Below, in pieces: positions 13,181 to 27,080 of a stretch of 64,000 bases of DNA. Source of the DNA: Vicugna vicugna. Lineage: Eukaryota. Location of the stretch: positions 2,767,502 through 2,831,501 of the forward strand of contig MU058059.1 of the NCBI GenBank assembly GCA_013265495.1. The letters are read 5' to 3'. A program made the position numbers and the translations under genes. The first letter of the stretch is position 1; every line of letters begins with the position of its first letter. The notes below the pieces were generated by a model. It did not search any database and was not told the DNA's origin. It worked only from the letters and a program-made list of their open reading frames with translations.

Positions 13181-13329
13181 GGAGGAACTAATCTGATGGA
13201 AAAACAAGTCTGAAGAGGTTGTTTGCGGACGGCTGACGTGGGTTTCCTTCTCTTACTCTTGCTGGGATCGTGGTAGCTTGTGCACACACAGCTGTCAGGG
13301 GGAGCTCCTCTGAGTCCCTCTGACCGTGG

Positions 13330-13520
13330 GGTCAGACCTCGGACTCAGCCCCACCGCTCCAAGGCCGGGTGACCTTGGGCAACTTTCCTGGCTTCTCTCC
13401 GCCTCCGTCTCCTCTCCCTAAAATGGAGGAGCAGTAGCAACTATTACATAGGATTGTGATGTTTAAACTGATGACATAACACATGCAAAATACTCAGAGC
13501 ACACCTGGGGAATAGTAGGA
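13330..13520 (+). mobile_element. MIR SINE
   Basis: gtgaccttgggcaact..taaaatggagg..cataggattgtgatgtttaaa..agcacacctggg: MIR core. Confidence 0.65.
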
Positions 13521-15799
13521 GCTCAGGAGACGGGAGGTGTTCCTCTGCTTGCGGTGGAATGCCAGCGCGTAGCTGTGCTGTCTTCCCTTCCAAACTCTCA
13601 GACGCCGCTGTGAGCTCAGGACCTCGATTCTCAGCACTCCTGGTTGACACCGAAGACGTGCTGCATAGAAACGGCAGTGTGCCGGGCGCGGCAGTCATCC
13701 ATCAAGGCTTGCAGTCCTGATTTTCAGCACCTCCCACTGCCGTGAGCGAGGGCTCGTCGGGCACAACAGCCGTCCATGAACGTCCTTCACCCCGCTCTCC
13801 CTGGCTTGTACTTGATTTTACTCTGCTCTCGTTCCTCCTGCCCTTTCTCGTTGCTGCTCCTTCAGGGACCAGGGGTGTCAGGACGGCCCCTCCGCACGTC
13901 TCCTTCTCAGCAGAGCGAGGTCTGTGCGAGCCGACCACCAGGAGGGAAATGGAACGTATCACTGGCCTGATACTGTTGAAATTTGGGGCCCTGCCTTACG
14001 AAGGCTTTGGTCCCAGGGGGACAACTGCTGAGAATAACCCTCCCGCCTATCGTGCTGACATCTGTGAGCACACAGCGCAGCGAGCCGGGCTCCCACCCAG
14101 CCAGCGACTGCAGGAGTCAAAGACCGGGCTGTCGACCGTAGCTGTTCATACCGGGGGAGGAGGGTTTGCAGCATCCTTGCTTGCTGTTTTGGATTCCTTG
14201 TCTGAGGAGCTTCGCTGTCCGTCCGCCCCGTGAGCGATCCCGTGACCTCTCTCTGGACTGTTCTCCCTGTGCTGAAGGCGTTCCCCACCCCTGCCCTAGG
14301 GAGACGGACGCGGAAGGCGGAGGAGTACCTTCTGACCACCCCCTCCCCGGGTGCTCCTCCCCCAGTTTCAGCCCTGCTAGGGTGTGGGCCTGAGAGCAAC
14401 CGCCCTGGGCACCTGGCACACCTCTGTGGGCTCACGGTGTCGACTGCCCGACAGCCACAGTCACTGAGACCCCACCAGGAGCTGCTCAAACCCAGTGGTG
14501 TCTGTGAGATCTACCCCGCCCGGCCTCCAACATGATTTTTGATTTTGTTTTGAGAAGTGTATCTCTGAGAAAGTCGTAATGTATTCGGGTCTCAGGAAAT
14601 AATTTGAAATATGTTGAATAGAGAAGAAAAACAGGATTGACAAATTTTGCATTAAAACCCTTACATTTAGGTGACTGCCTTCTTCTATTTCCCCCTCTCC
14701 AAAAAAACAAAAAACATACACAAGATTTGAATGAACATTCATGAAAATATCTTGAATCATCAGCCAAGAAGACGAGACTCTGCAGTGTGTGCCCTGAGCA
14801 GCTTTATTGTTGAACTGCCCCAGGGACCAGGGGCAGGAGAGGACCACGTGTTGTGCAGGCGGGGACACGCTCACGTCCTACCCTCACCTAATGCATCCTT
14901 CTCTCCTGATCTTTTCTTTCAGTCCAGGTCAGTGGGTGAGAACCTCGTCAAGATTAAACTGTATGTCATCACCCAAGTGAGCCACCAATGCTTATAAATG
15001 CCCTTTATTTTCAAGATAGCCCAAATCTAGTCACGTAAACATTAAAAAAAAAAAAGCCATGTCATCTTAAATACCAGTGTGCGCCTCGGTGAAGTGGTGC
15101 AGCCATGTGCCTGAAGTTCTTTCTAAGTCAAAAAGCATTGGGATTTCTTGATTCAAAGAGCTTGTATACAGGTCAAACTAATCAGTGATTCGAAACCTAC
15201 AAATCTTGTGTGTCCCACAGTGACTCCTCCACACGAGACTGCCTGGCAGTCGGAGGGGCAGCCGAACGCCCAGGTGCTGGGGCTCTGTGATCCCCGCCCC
15301 CCCCCCACCCCCAGGAGACCCTGCCCCTGGCCCCGGCCAATAAGTCTAGAGTCTCTTGGGTTAGGACATCAAAACTGTTTTAAAGCACCACAGTAGCTGT
15401 AATATGCCGCCAGTGTTGAGAACCACTGCCTTCGACAGAAGAAGCCGGGATCACACTCTGGCTATAGGGTGATGGGTTAAGTTTGGTGGCCAAGCCTTGG
15501 GGCAGGGAGATGCAGGGAAGCTGCCTCTTAGCGGTTGGGAGCAATTCCACGGCGGCAGCACCAGGCGGCGCTCTGAGGCCTCGGGGACCAGCAAGCTCCT
15601 TCTGACAAAGGTGCCCCCCTCCGGTGACCCGGGAAGGAGGACAGGCAGCATGCTTTCGAGGTCCTCCAGATACTTTCCGAAAGACGTCAAGAAACAGACT
15701 CGTACAAATATTATATACTCATATTAGTTAATGTTTTTATATTTAATACAACGTTTTCATAGCAAATAATACGGTGTATGCACATGCATGCAGACTTAC

Positions 15800-15915
15800 T
15801 CATTCATTCATTCACTGAGCCCCTGCCGTGTGCTGGGTGTTCCGTAGGCACTAAGGGGAGAGAGGTAACCATGACAGCCACATTCCCCTCCAAGGGGGGA
15901 GCTTGAGACCAGTGA
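15800..15915 (-). mobile_element. L2 LINE 3' end fragment
   Basis: cattcattcattcactgagcccctgccgtgtgctggg..taggcact: antisense L2 tail pattern. Confidence 0.6.
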
Positions 15916-17843
15916 CCGGGAGGGGTCTAGCGCTAAGAAAAGGCGGGCGAGTTGCACCTTGGAACTTGCCCCCAACCAGGAACATCTCTGTCGGGCAGCA
16001 GGGAAGAGGGCGCTTTTTCGTCCTGCAGACACCTGCGGTCCAGGATGCTGGGACACCTGATTCTTCTCCGATCTGGTCCTGAAAGTTTCTGAGTAGGTGG
16101 CACAGACCTGTGTATCTGGTGAAGGAGGCAGAAAGCGCCACCCCTTTGTCTCAGGGTCACATTGGGATGGCTGTCTGTTTACACAAAGATGGACTCAGGG
16201 TATTTTTTCCTCGTGAATAAGTGACAAGCTGTTAAGTACACAGTGGAGGTGTGGCTCTGTCTGCGAGCTCAAAGCTTAGTGATTGATGGGACCCGATGTT
16301 TACTTGTCTCCTCTGTAACCTTGAGCGAAGTCACCGAAATCTGCAGCCTCTACATCAGGAGAATGGCACGCACGTGCCAAGGGACGGGCCTGGGTGGCAG
16401 GCGCGGGTCCGTGGGAAGTGGCGTGCGAGGTCTCGCAAAGGGACTGGACCCAGAGGCCCGGGAAGTGGTGTGGTTCTCCCCAGGAGGGGAACGGTGTGGC
16501 CAGAGCAGCAGGAGGAAAGGCAGGCGTTTGTGTTCCGAGGAGAGGGGTGGAGGCTTGACAGTGAGAAAGAAGAACACACAGGAACCCACTGGTCACTGGT
16601 CCAGAGGAATGAGAGGTGTCTGAAGGGGCCCCCGGTGTGCCCGCATCACTCAGCATCTGAGCCTCAGCCTAGGAGTGACCGTCGATGAATATCCTTTAAT
16701 GCACTTTGTTTTTGTTCTAACATGTGGCTGTGTCTGAAATGACCGAGTGCACCTTAACTCCACGAATCCTCAAAATAACCCTGAGAAGTGTTAGTGACCT
16801 CAGTACATAGACAAAGAGTCAGACACTGACGGTCGCAGTAGCCAGGCGACGTGCCCCAGATCACACAGAGGGTTCAAAGTCAGAGGAGATCTCAGATTCA
16901 AGTATTTGAGCTCTAAACCGAGTGATCTGTCCTGTCAGGGTTCAGTAGGGCAGCCAGGCCGTCCCAGCATGTCCCTGGATGCTTATCTGAGCCCACATTC
17001 AGTGCGTGGCTGTCCACGAAGTTATCTTCCTCTCATGTCCTCCTCACACCTTTCCTGATCAAAAAAAAGATTTACACTGTCACGATGACACCTCAAATAT
17101 GCCTGGGCATAGAGTTGTTTTTTTCAAAAATCTGCATGGAAAAAAAGTTGAAACGCCAGCTTTCTGTACCTGCTGGAACACTGGCATTTTGTCATACCTG
17201 TTTCATCTCTTTTTCTTTCCAGTCTGTGAAGAGCTTTTTAATACTCAGATCCCAAGCACTAGGCAGGTAGAGTCTAGTCATGTTTGGTGGTGGGAAGGAC
17301 GACAGCTTGGAACTTCAGCTCCTCTCTCACTTTGGGAAGTCAGGCAAAAGTTAAAAAAAAAAAGATTAATTTGACAGCACAGAGTAAGAAAAATATTAGA
17401 AACTAGAAAAGGCCATTTTTTCCTATCAAGGCTCATTTCATTGTCTGTACCATTTCGCTGGGATATCTGCCAGTTGTTAGCAGGAAGAGCAACGTCATCC
17501 ATTTCTTAAAATCTCACTCTTGGGTATTATGGAGATAAATAGCTAAATGATGAAGAAATGACTTCCTTTCACGGCAGTCATTTAAGAGGGGCAGAATGAC
17601 CTCACATGCAGATTGGCTGGATGACAGGAGAAAATTCACCCACGAGTGCAAAGCTCAGGATTCCTACAGGTGCTGTTTTAGGAAGAGAATCCTCTTGCCT
17701 TTGACACTAGAAAGGCGAGTCCCGTCCGCCTGTGAAAGTGAGGGACTGCGTGTGGCGGTCCAGAGGTTTATTTGCAAGCCCCAGAAATTTTCCAGTTGCA
17801 AACTTACAAAGAAAAAAAAATCTCTTCTCTGTTCTGCCTGCAG

Positions 17844-17941
17844 GACCGATGCAAGAGACCATCTACGACTTCTGGAGGATGGTGTGGCACGAGAGCACGG
17901 CGAGCATCGTCATGGTGACCAACCTGGTGGAGGTGGGGAGG
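17844..17941 (+). CDS. PTPRM: PTPRM coding exon (D1 domain): (G)[32 protein letters not shown], 98 nt, starts in phase 1
   Basis: Pyrimidine tract plus ctgcag acceptor ending 17843; donor gtgagt at 17942; PTP motifs GP...DFWRMVW and IVMVT; R2B-type sequence matching PTP-mu. Confidence 0.96.
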
Positions 17942-19414
17942 GTGAGTGAGCGCTCACGCGGGGCGTTCGGCCCCTGCTTCACTGGTGTGCGGAGTGAGGC
18001 GAGGGCAAGTTCTGGAGGCACCGTGTGCATCCAGACAACGTTAACCACTCAGCTCCTCCATCGCTTGCCACACTGGCTTATAGATTATCAGTAAACACAG
18101 CCTGAACTGCTTTCATTTGTTGCGACAGCAACAGGCAGAAGAGGCACTCAGGGTTTAGCAGCAGTTGTTAGCTGGCTGCACTGAGCACGCGGAAACCAGA
18201 AGCACCGCGAAGTGCACGCTGGCGGCTGGGGGTCAGGACACCGTGGGAGGTGCGGGAAAGTCCCCCGTGGGAGCCGCCCGCAGCCCTGGAGTCAGCCCCG
18301 GCTTAGGACTCCAGCATCTCCTCTCCTCAGACTTGACTTTCCTCGTCTCCTGACTTGCAAAGTGGAGACCACACTCCGCCCCCCGGGTCTCGTATCCCTT
18401 CATCTGTGCTGTTAATAAGCTACTTTTATTCAACCAGGAAACTCTCACGTAGTTAAGATCTCGGTCCTAGCACGCGACAGGCGTATTTCCAACACAAAAT
18501 TTTAAAATGAGAAGATACACAGGGTGCAACTGCTTGGTTGAATAGTGGAGCCAATTCCATGGTTCTGCTTGAGAACCGTGGCTTCTTAGAGAAGTCGATG
18601 TTCGGAGGTTTACCAGAGATTAGCCTTGAATTGAAATATTGGGGCAGAAACCATAAAGGAGTTGTTTCTAGGAGTCTCTGTTAGCCTTAAAAAGAGAAAG
18701 AAATCCTGCTGTTCACAACACAGACCTGAAGGGCATCGTGTCCCGTGGAATAAGCCGGTCGCAGAAGGACAGGCACGCACGGTCCCACTCACAGGAGAGG
18801 CCTGGAGCGGTCAGATTCATAGAAGCGGGAGGTTCAAGGGTGGTCGCCGGAGGGGAGGAGTGGGTGGGGGTGTGAAGTGGGCTCAGCATGTGTAAAGTTT
18901 CAGCTACGCCAGGTTCTCTAGACCTGCTGTGCAAGTAGGGCTGCTGGTCAGCGATATGGCTCCGTGCGCTCAAGTTGTTGCAAGGATAGAGCTCGTGTAA
19001 AGTGCTCTTACCACCCGCACGCACACGTGCGCACACACAAGCAGGAACCCGCGGCAGGGGTCGGGCGTTGCCTGTCTCCCTGGCAGTAGTGACAGTCGGT
19101 GCCCAGGAGGTACGCGTGTGTTGAAACCCATCAAACTGTGCAGGTGCCGTCCTTTGTATGTCAGTTGTCCTTCAGTAAAGCTGTTTTAGAAATAGATTTT
19201 CTGGAGGTATCAGAAAGCACGAACTGGGAAGAAGAAAGACGTTAAGAAGAGGGAGCTACTTTACTCACAATTCTAGCAAAAATGGCCAACTAACTTACCT
19301 GAAGACCATCCTCCTACAAACGTCTAGACATTTTCAGTAAAATATAGATGTGTATTTTAATGCATTTCATGCAAAATGTACATGTATATGTAAACTTGTG
19401 TTTAAAGTGTTGGA

Positions 19415-19506
19415 ATATATGTGTATACATGCATGACTGGGACATGGTGCTGTACACCAGACGCTGACACGTTGTAACTGACTGTACTTCAATTAAAAAA
19501 AAAAAG
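19415..19506 (+). mobile_element. Short L1 3' terminal fragment
   Basis: atgactggga..gctgtacaccaga..ttgtaactgactgtacttcaattaaaaaaaaaaa. Confidence 0.75.
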
Positions 19507-21857
19507 TTTAGCTCAGCTCTCAAGGAAGTAAACCGGAAGAGACCAGAAAGAAGTGAGGAGGAGAGACGACCAGAGACGGGACGCGCCCAGCAGCTGCCCG
19601 TTGGAGGCCGGGCGCCGTGGTGCCTGTCAGTCTTGGGGAGAGGCTGGCAGGGCTTCAGGCTTGTGACCTTGGATCTTGAGTTTGAAAGCCCACCAAGAGC
19701 AGGAGGTAACATCTTGGAGAGATGCAATGCTGAGAATCTGAACTGAGACTGTCGGGTAAAATCTAAACCCTCCGAGGGTGGACGCTCAGAGGAAGGGTGG
19801 AAGGGGAGGGGCGGGGGTGGGGGAGGGAAGCCAGCGGGCACCAGAGCAGGACACAACACGGAAGCAGATGGGTCTTCCCTTCGGATCCGGGTGAGAAAGC
19901 ACTTCCACTGTCTGTTGGACATGGTACCTTCCTCCGGGACCCAGATTTCACTCCGAGTTACCTGCCTTGGAATAACAAAATAGAAGGGCCAGGGCGTGGT
20001 GGTGTCTGTTTCTTCCATCTGGCACTGGGACCTGTCCCTTTCAGGGTGGCCACCGTTGACATTTTTGATGGAAACTATTCTTCTGGGCAAATAGCCACAG
20101 ACTGTTCACCAATGGTGTGAAGTGAAGGAGAGAGGGGGGCCAGGTTCAAGTTTACCTGTAGATAGAAGCCCACAGGCTCCCAGAAACTCGGTAATTTTAG
20201 GTCTGGTAAGCTTATTTTAGAAAAAAATAAAATCCTTCCAAATCCTTGCCCCATTTGTGGGCATGCTGTCAGCTCTGGAGAGTCCCCTGTTACCACCTTC
20301 AGTTAGTCGTGCCCGTAGTGGCATGTGTCCTTGAAACGTCTGGTGTGATTGAGGGTGCTGACAGCAGGGCGCATTCCCTCCGGGAAACGGTCTAACCTTA
20401 TTCCAGGCCATTTCCCGTGGCTCATCCCACACATCTGCTGAGAGATGACATCCCTGTCTTCCATGCCTAGAAACAGCGACAACAAACCACAAAAGAAACG
20501 AAAACGACGTGGTTTCTCGGGGCAGCAACTACCTACTTAGCATGTCGGCTGTGCACGGCAGGCCCTTCATGAATCAGGCATGAGCCCGGCGGATGCTGTT
20601 TGTTGACACAGACTTGCTGCTGATTCATTAAGTCGGAGCGGAGAGCCTCCCCGGGTTTTGCCCTGCAGCGCTCCGCATCAGGCCGCTGTAATTGCCGGGC
20701 TCGGGGCCACCGGGAGGCCTTGCGTTCGCAGCACCTGTGCGGGAGACTCAGCCGCCGCACTTCCCTCCAGTGGGGTCCGTGCTGCATCTGCCAGGGCCTG
20801 TCATTATCTGAGATGCCAAGTCGCCACCGTGCGTCCCTCCCGGCCGGTGTGTGGTGGGAAGGGACCTCGTCAGTTTTCCTGACGCCTGCCGACAGCTGCA
20901 CACCTGGCAGGTGACCTGCGCCGGGGTGTGTTGTGGCTGTTTTCCCTCTTTCACGACCCCGCCCGAGGGGTGCCGAGCTCTTCCTCTGGTCGCCTGTCTC
21001 CCAGATGCTCCCATTCACACTGTCTGCGTGCAGACTCAGAGCTCCGCGCGCTGTTGTACTGACCCACCTGCCGAACGTCTTAGGACCAAATCCGGGGGCT
21101 CCCCGAGGAGATTTTTGCACTGGTAATCTCAGCTAATGATTTCTAAGCATATTTAGTCAGTTTTATGAAGACCTCATGAGAATGTGACTGTTCATTAAAA
21201 ATTCAAATGAGGTCTCATAGTCGCAGAGGAGAATTATTGTCGCGCTGCTCTGAAGAGCTCTGGTAACAGGTGATGCAGGGTTTTGGAGCTAAGACAAGTA
21301 GGGACCAGAGATGTTAATAACCCCTGTCGATCTAAAGGATGCAAAGGAATCACCGAAAGAGATGCTTTAAAGGCTGTCGTCTGCCCATAGAGGGTGACCT
21401 GCCGTTCCTTTCACAACGTCTGCCACGAACAGAGTAACAAAAGGGAAAAGTTAAAGACTCACATTGGATATCAGAAGTAGCGATTAATTCACATGCAGGG
21501 AAGGTTTATCAAGATTCCAAGCACCCCTGTCACAGCCAGCAAAGAACATCTGCTTTTCTACAAAAGCCACCAGATCCAGGCTCAACGGAAGAGGCTGGAG
21601 AGAGTCAAGATTTCCGCTTTATAACATGTGGAAATGCTGTTTAATAGTAAAAATAACAGATAATGCCTAACAGTATAAAAAATAATCTTTATTACAAAAA
21701 TCTTTGCAGCTGTTCCAAGACATCAAATTCGTACATGAGCGAAAAGAGACAAATTCTTTTTGTGGACCTTGCAGAGGTGTTTCTGTCTTGAACGCTCACA
21801 GACATCCTTTCATCCGTCTCTTTTTTAATGAATTATATATTTAAGATTGACGTTAGT

Positions 21858-22031
21858 GGGGAGGGTGTAGCTTAGTGGTAGGGTGCATGTTTAGCATGCA
21901 CGAGGTCATGGGTTCAATCCCCAGTACCTCTGCTAACGAAAAAACAGTAACAATAATAAATAAATATTACCTCCCGCCGAAAAAAAATAAAACGCAAGAA
22001 TAAAAAATTTCATGAATGTTTTAAAAAAAAA
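21858..22031 (+). mobile_element. tRNA-Ala-derived SINE (Vic-1-like)
   Basis: ggggagggtgtagcttagtggtag..tagcatgcacgaggtcatgggttcaatccccagtacctc; taaataaatattacctccc; A-tail. Confidence 0.85.
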
Positions 22032-25000
22032 GAAGGCTGATACTTGGTGACCTGGGAACATGGACAGTGCCCCGAAGTCACAGGTGTGTGTGTGACACGG
22101 TCCTACGGATGGATGCCAGTGAGGGTCACCACAGCTCTCAGATGACAGGGATGTGGCTGTGTTTCGCCTCCCTGATTAACCCCTTTGTGTGACGTTGGCA
22201 TTTCAGCCCCATCCATTCTGTCCCTTTAGAAAGGGCAAAGTCACTTTTATGCGAATATATCAGTGATGAATTGTAAACTGGGCTCTGAGGCCGTTCTTCC
22301 CATGCGGTGAGTCATCTGGTGCTCTCTAATCAGCTGTCTCCAGTGTCACCAGGGTGGCAGGGCCTGCGGGATCGGCCCGCAGGAGCCTCTCGCTGCACCC
22401 ACAGAGGCGCCTGTTTCTGTGGGGGTGCCCCCGTCCCTGGTCGCCGCCGTCCAGTCCGGTCGCCGCCGTCCAGTCCGGTCGCTGGCCTCCAACAGACACT
22501 CGTGTGCTTTGCCGTGATGGCCCGGCCCTGGACCGTCCTCGCGTGCCTCTGTGTCTGGGCTTCCTGTACGTACGCCCTTTTACTGGCCCCGGGCGGGGCT
22601 CTCTGCTATCTCTCCCTGCAGCCTCTGACTTTCCCTGACACTGTCTCTGGGGTGCATGTAGGCACTCACCTGCCTGAGTGCCGTGAGGCGCTTAAGAGGG
22701 CAGGGCTGACGGGAGCAGTGGGCAGGTGCCCTGGGACAGATGCTTCACAGGCCCAGTCACACTCGTAGCCGCCCGGGCAGCGTACATCTGTAATTTCTTG
22801 GCAGCATAGTTGGACGCAATATGGGGTGGTCTCAAAGCCGCCACAGCCCTCCTCCTGTGTTCTGCTCACGTGAGCACCTGGAAATTGAGCTCCCCCTCCT
22901 TGCACTGCAGGTCCATCCTCTCCTCGAATAACTTGTCAAGAACTGTAACTGGTGCCCTGCCTGGAATGTAGGATTATTTTTCCCTTCTCTGCTTTCCAGA
23001 TCTGCCAAGTTCATCTCCTGAGGCCTTGCTCTGCCTTCCCCTGAAGGCGTGGAGTTTCGCACTAAGGAAGCAGGAGAGTAAATGCCGGGGGTGTCAGAGG
23101 AGAAGAGGGCCCAAGAGACAGAACAACCCCGAGAGCCAGGCTGTGGTCTGTATACAGCTTCTTTCCCAATAACCAAGTGACAAGATGTCCGTTTCTCTAC
23201 ACTAGAGATTTAATTAAGGGGTTTAACTAGAGGAGAATTTAATTCAGGGGCTAACAGGCCGCCAGAATTCACTGCCTCAGAACTTTGCTTCTGAAAGTCT
23301 TTGCGATAGGTTACAACCCGAGCAGGGTAACGGTTTAGGGTTTAAGCCACTGTCCCGCTTCTCTGGGACCAGGTTTCCCGCAGTGAGAACGTGGGACAGC
23401 TCTGGACTCTTCTCTGATGTAAAACCCAGCCGGAGACCCCCTCCACACCTGACGAGAAGGTGCAAATTTCTTCCTTGTCCTGTAGACCTCTGGATCAGGG
23501 AACATGGATTTGGGGAAGGTTATCTGAAAACACGGGAGGTGGGCTGGCCGCATGGTGCGCGTGGGAAGCGGAGACGAGCCGCTGCCAGGCTCTCACCTCA
23601 TTGCCTGCTGGGAAATTAAAAGAGGCAGAGCCTGAGAGAAAGGCTGGAGGGGACCCGTGACACGGAGCGGAGAGCACGGCCCGCACAAGGGAGTAAATAC
23701 GAGAAGTGAGGGAGGAGACGGATATTTCAAATCCCGACATCAGGTTCACATCTTCTAGCTTCGGACTGGCTGCTCTGAGATACAGATCCCTTACCCCTTA
23801 CAATTCTGGATGACAGAGAAGTCTTTTCTCGAGAAAAGGATGGTTACATTCATCATCAGGGAAGAATCTCTCTTTTCTGACGTTGGGTAGAGAATCCAGC
23901 ATCGAGAGTGAACTTGTGGGAGTTTTAATCCACCGCCTGGTTGAATCCCACACTAAGGACCATTTATGTGATGTTCAGGCCACTGTATCCTTCAGAGTCT
24001 GCTCTGCTGAGCTGTGCCTGCGGGATCTCAGGGAGAGGACCGTGGAGCAGGTGAAGACGCTCGGACCCCGGGGCGGCTGGTACCTTTTGTAAGTTTCTTT
24101 CTCGATCCGTAGCCCCAGAGCCATTCACCTCCCCCGAAAGATTAGGTGGGACAAGTGTGGGCCGCAGACTGCCTTAGAGGGGTTTAGCCCAGATGGGTGC
24201 TTCTGGAATTCAAGTTCATTGCCTTCCTGACAGACGCGGTCCTACGTCTCGTAGGGACCGTAAAGTGTGAGCCGCCCGAAGCAGCACAGCGCCTGCCGTT
24301 CTCTACGGAGGGCGAGCCGCTCCTTAATAGCAGAGGTGCTGACGCGATGGTAAGACAGTGGTGGCCGCTTGCAGTTAGTGACGTCTCCTGTGCGGGCTGA
24401 CGCCATGGGTCTTGAATTCATTGTCTGTGACGCAGGCATTGTTGTTTCCCAGATAATCCACTGAAGCTTTCAGGGGTTAAATAACTGGCCCCAGGCATGC
24501 AGCTGGCACGGGTGAGCCCGTGGCTGGAACTGCAGAACCCCCCTCCTGACCTGCTGCTGAGCTGCAGGGCTTCTAAAGGGGCTCATTCTAGAGCCATGAA
24601 GTGGGATCGTTTCACACTCAGACTTGGAATAATTTTAATAGCCACAAGGTCTGCTATCCTCTTTTTCTGCACATAAGGATACCGAGGAGGGTATGAAGGA
24701 CAGACGCACGCGCTGAAAGCATCACTCATCCGTGTCCCTGATCAGAGACGGCACCCTTCCTGCAGATGTGCCCACATCGCCGACTGCCGTTTGGCGGGCA
24801 GGAGCCTGAGGCAGAGCGCACAGGTCCGCTTCTGTGCTCTGTCTGGGCCCGAGGACGCCTTCTGCTAAGAAACTCACGATTAAGGACGATGAAGGAACTG
24901 AACGTTAGCCCTTCAACTGGGGGCCCCTAGCCCCACCTAATTCACGCAGCGTAAAGGGGTGGAAGGCAGGGAAAAGAAAAAGGCACGGTACAAGTCTTGC

Positions 25001-26139
25001 TTCGTCAAGGGGTTTTCGGCAAACTCTTTGTTTTTCTAGAACAAGCCATCCAAAGAGAGAGTAACCACAGTTCCACCGATAGCCATGCTGGGGGCCAGCA
25101 GAGCGCGGCTCTGACGGAGAGACCTGGTAGCAGGAGCGAAGCTGCTGCCAGGAAGCACGGCGACCACGAAGGCCCAGCCGGCAGCCGGCGCCAGCGAGAT
25201 TTCCGAGAGAACAGATCTGTGGCAGCCAAGTGTGTTTTTTAAATAGAGCTCTCAGAGCAGTGAAAATGTGCACTCTTTTAAATGTCCTGAAAATACGGAT
25301 GGCTTTCGTCCCAGCGTGATGAGGTGAGGTGAATGCACGCCAGCCTTTCTCCTGGCTGACCTGTGGCGCTGCAGCCTGAGACTGTGCCCACTGGGCCTCA
25401 GTGTTCTCATACGTAAAGTGGGATCACAGCACTGATTTTTTTTTTCCCCAGGGAGGTTGTGAAGATGAAGTCAGACAATCTGTATAAAGCTTTGCATAAG
25501 TGCCTGGCTCCACCCTTCCAAACCCACCTCCTTTGGCCCTGGGCCTCCTTTGGGCCACATCCTTGAAGCCTGTTTCAAAACCCAAACTAAATCAGAAACT
25601 TCCAGAGGTCCGGAGAGTGTGAATTTGGGACAATCACTTCACCCGTGAACAAACCCCTCTTCCTCACCCTCAGACTCCTGCCCAAAGTCCCCCCACAAGG
25701 CTCCAGGTTTTCCACCTGGTCTTCCAACAGCATCTGCTAGTCAGTGGGCACACGATACTTACCGTCCGCACAGGGTCACCTCCATGTTTTCATCAGCTGT
25801 AAAGAAACACGTGGCCTGAGCGCCATCGTGCAGCCCACCCGAGAAGAGTCTTGTTGCTTGTTCTCTCTCTGACCTCATGAGGATGACAAGGGTCGCACCC
25901 AGCTAGGTCACAGAGCACCAGCACTTCGGAGACACACGGGCACCCGGGCTGCTCGCCCCACCCGACTCAGCAGATCAGCCCTCACTTTCAGCCAGTCCCT
26001 AAATTTAAAGTCCTCCTGCCAGTGGAGGGAGATTTGCCACCACCGTTGAGGACAATAAAAAGTGTGTGCCATGTACTCTGGGGATTCTTCTGAAGGAAGA
26101 TTTTCGGAACTCTCCTGAGCAGTGGCAGCATTACTAGCA

Positions 26140-26332
26140 TCTGTGTATATCCGTATCTGTGTATAGCTATCGACTGATCGATCTAATCTGTCTTGTCTAT
26201 CTGTCTATCCAGTTTACCTATCTGTCTATCTCCTGGGGTACATCAGGGGATCTATCTATCTCTCTATCCATCTATCTGGCTACCTGTCTGGCTATCTGGC
26301 TGTCTATCTAATCTACCAATCCGTCTATCTCC
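26140..26332. repeat. Degenerate (TCTA/TCTG)n tetranucleotide microsatellite
   Basis: Many tatc/tgtc/tggc units, e.g. tctatctatctctctatccatctatctggc. Confidence 0.8.
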
Positions 26333-26874
26333 AGAGGCACAGCAGGGGGACGTTTCTTAGAGTGCTGTCTGTCTCATCTTGGAGAAGAAAGACCCACGTT
26401 TTCTCTCACTGGCAGTCTTCCCACGCAGCAGGGTAGCCAGTTAGCTCGGCAGCACTTTTGAGTTTATAAGGTTTTACATCTACTGTCTTTCTGTGAGTCA
26501 CACAACCGTTCAGGCCAGACCATACGGAGGCCACAGTCACTGCAATCCCAGAATGATCTGATCGTGTTCTACCTCACACTAATTTTGTGGGGGACACAGT
26601 ACTCCCATTTTTAAAATCCATCATCTAAAGCTGGTGAGGCTGAGGCGGGCTAGGAGACTTCAGGGCTCCCCATCATGGCTGCGGCCTCTGGGCTCAGGAT
26701 GGCGGTGTCCAAGGTGCCCTGCCGTCACTCAGACGGCCCTGAACGCTGTGATGAGCAGAACCCACTCCCAGCACGGCTGGGGTACCAAGAGCGATGAGGA
26801 ATGAGTTAAGAGTCTAACGCCAGGAGGAGGCGGATGTGTGAATAACCACCCTGACTCGGTGTGGGGTGAGAGGC

Positions 26875-27080
26875 AGGCTGAGCCGTGTGCTCTCCCTGGA
26901 GCCACACTGTCTGGGTTCAAAGCTTGGCCCCATTCATCTGCTGTGTGACCTTAGGCACCTTACTGAACCTCTCGGTGGCTCCATTTTTCAGCTGTAAATG
27001 GGGATAATAATAACGTTTTTAGAAGGATTAACTGAATTCTCGTTTGTCAAGCTCTTAGAACATGCTTGGCACCAGGAAAT
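26875..27080 (+). mobile_element. MIR SINE
   Basis: ctgggttcaaa..gctgtgtgaccttaggcaccttactgaacctctc..ctgtaaatggggataataata..cttagaacatgcttggcac. Confidence 0.75.

Noticed and set aside
1..17843. The preceding canonical PTPRM exon (..YIATQG)
   Set aside because: No matching sequence found by eye; it most likely lies upstream of the window.
19314..20090. 258-aa ORF on - strand
   Set aside because: Runs through an L1 tail and a G-run low-complexity tract; no homology or coding signature visible.
21858..21933. tRNA-Ala-like sequences (also at 6.6, 11.2, 13.1, 48.3, 58.0 kb) as tRNA genes
   Set aside because: Stems are mismatched, copies are mutually diverged, and they carry A-rich tails and in several cases TSDs; these are SINEs.
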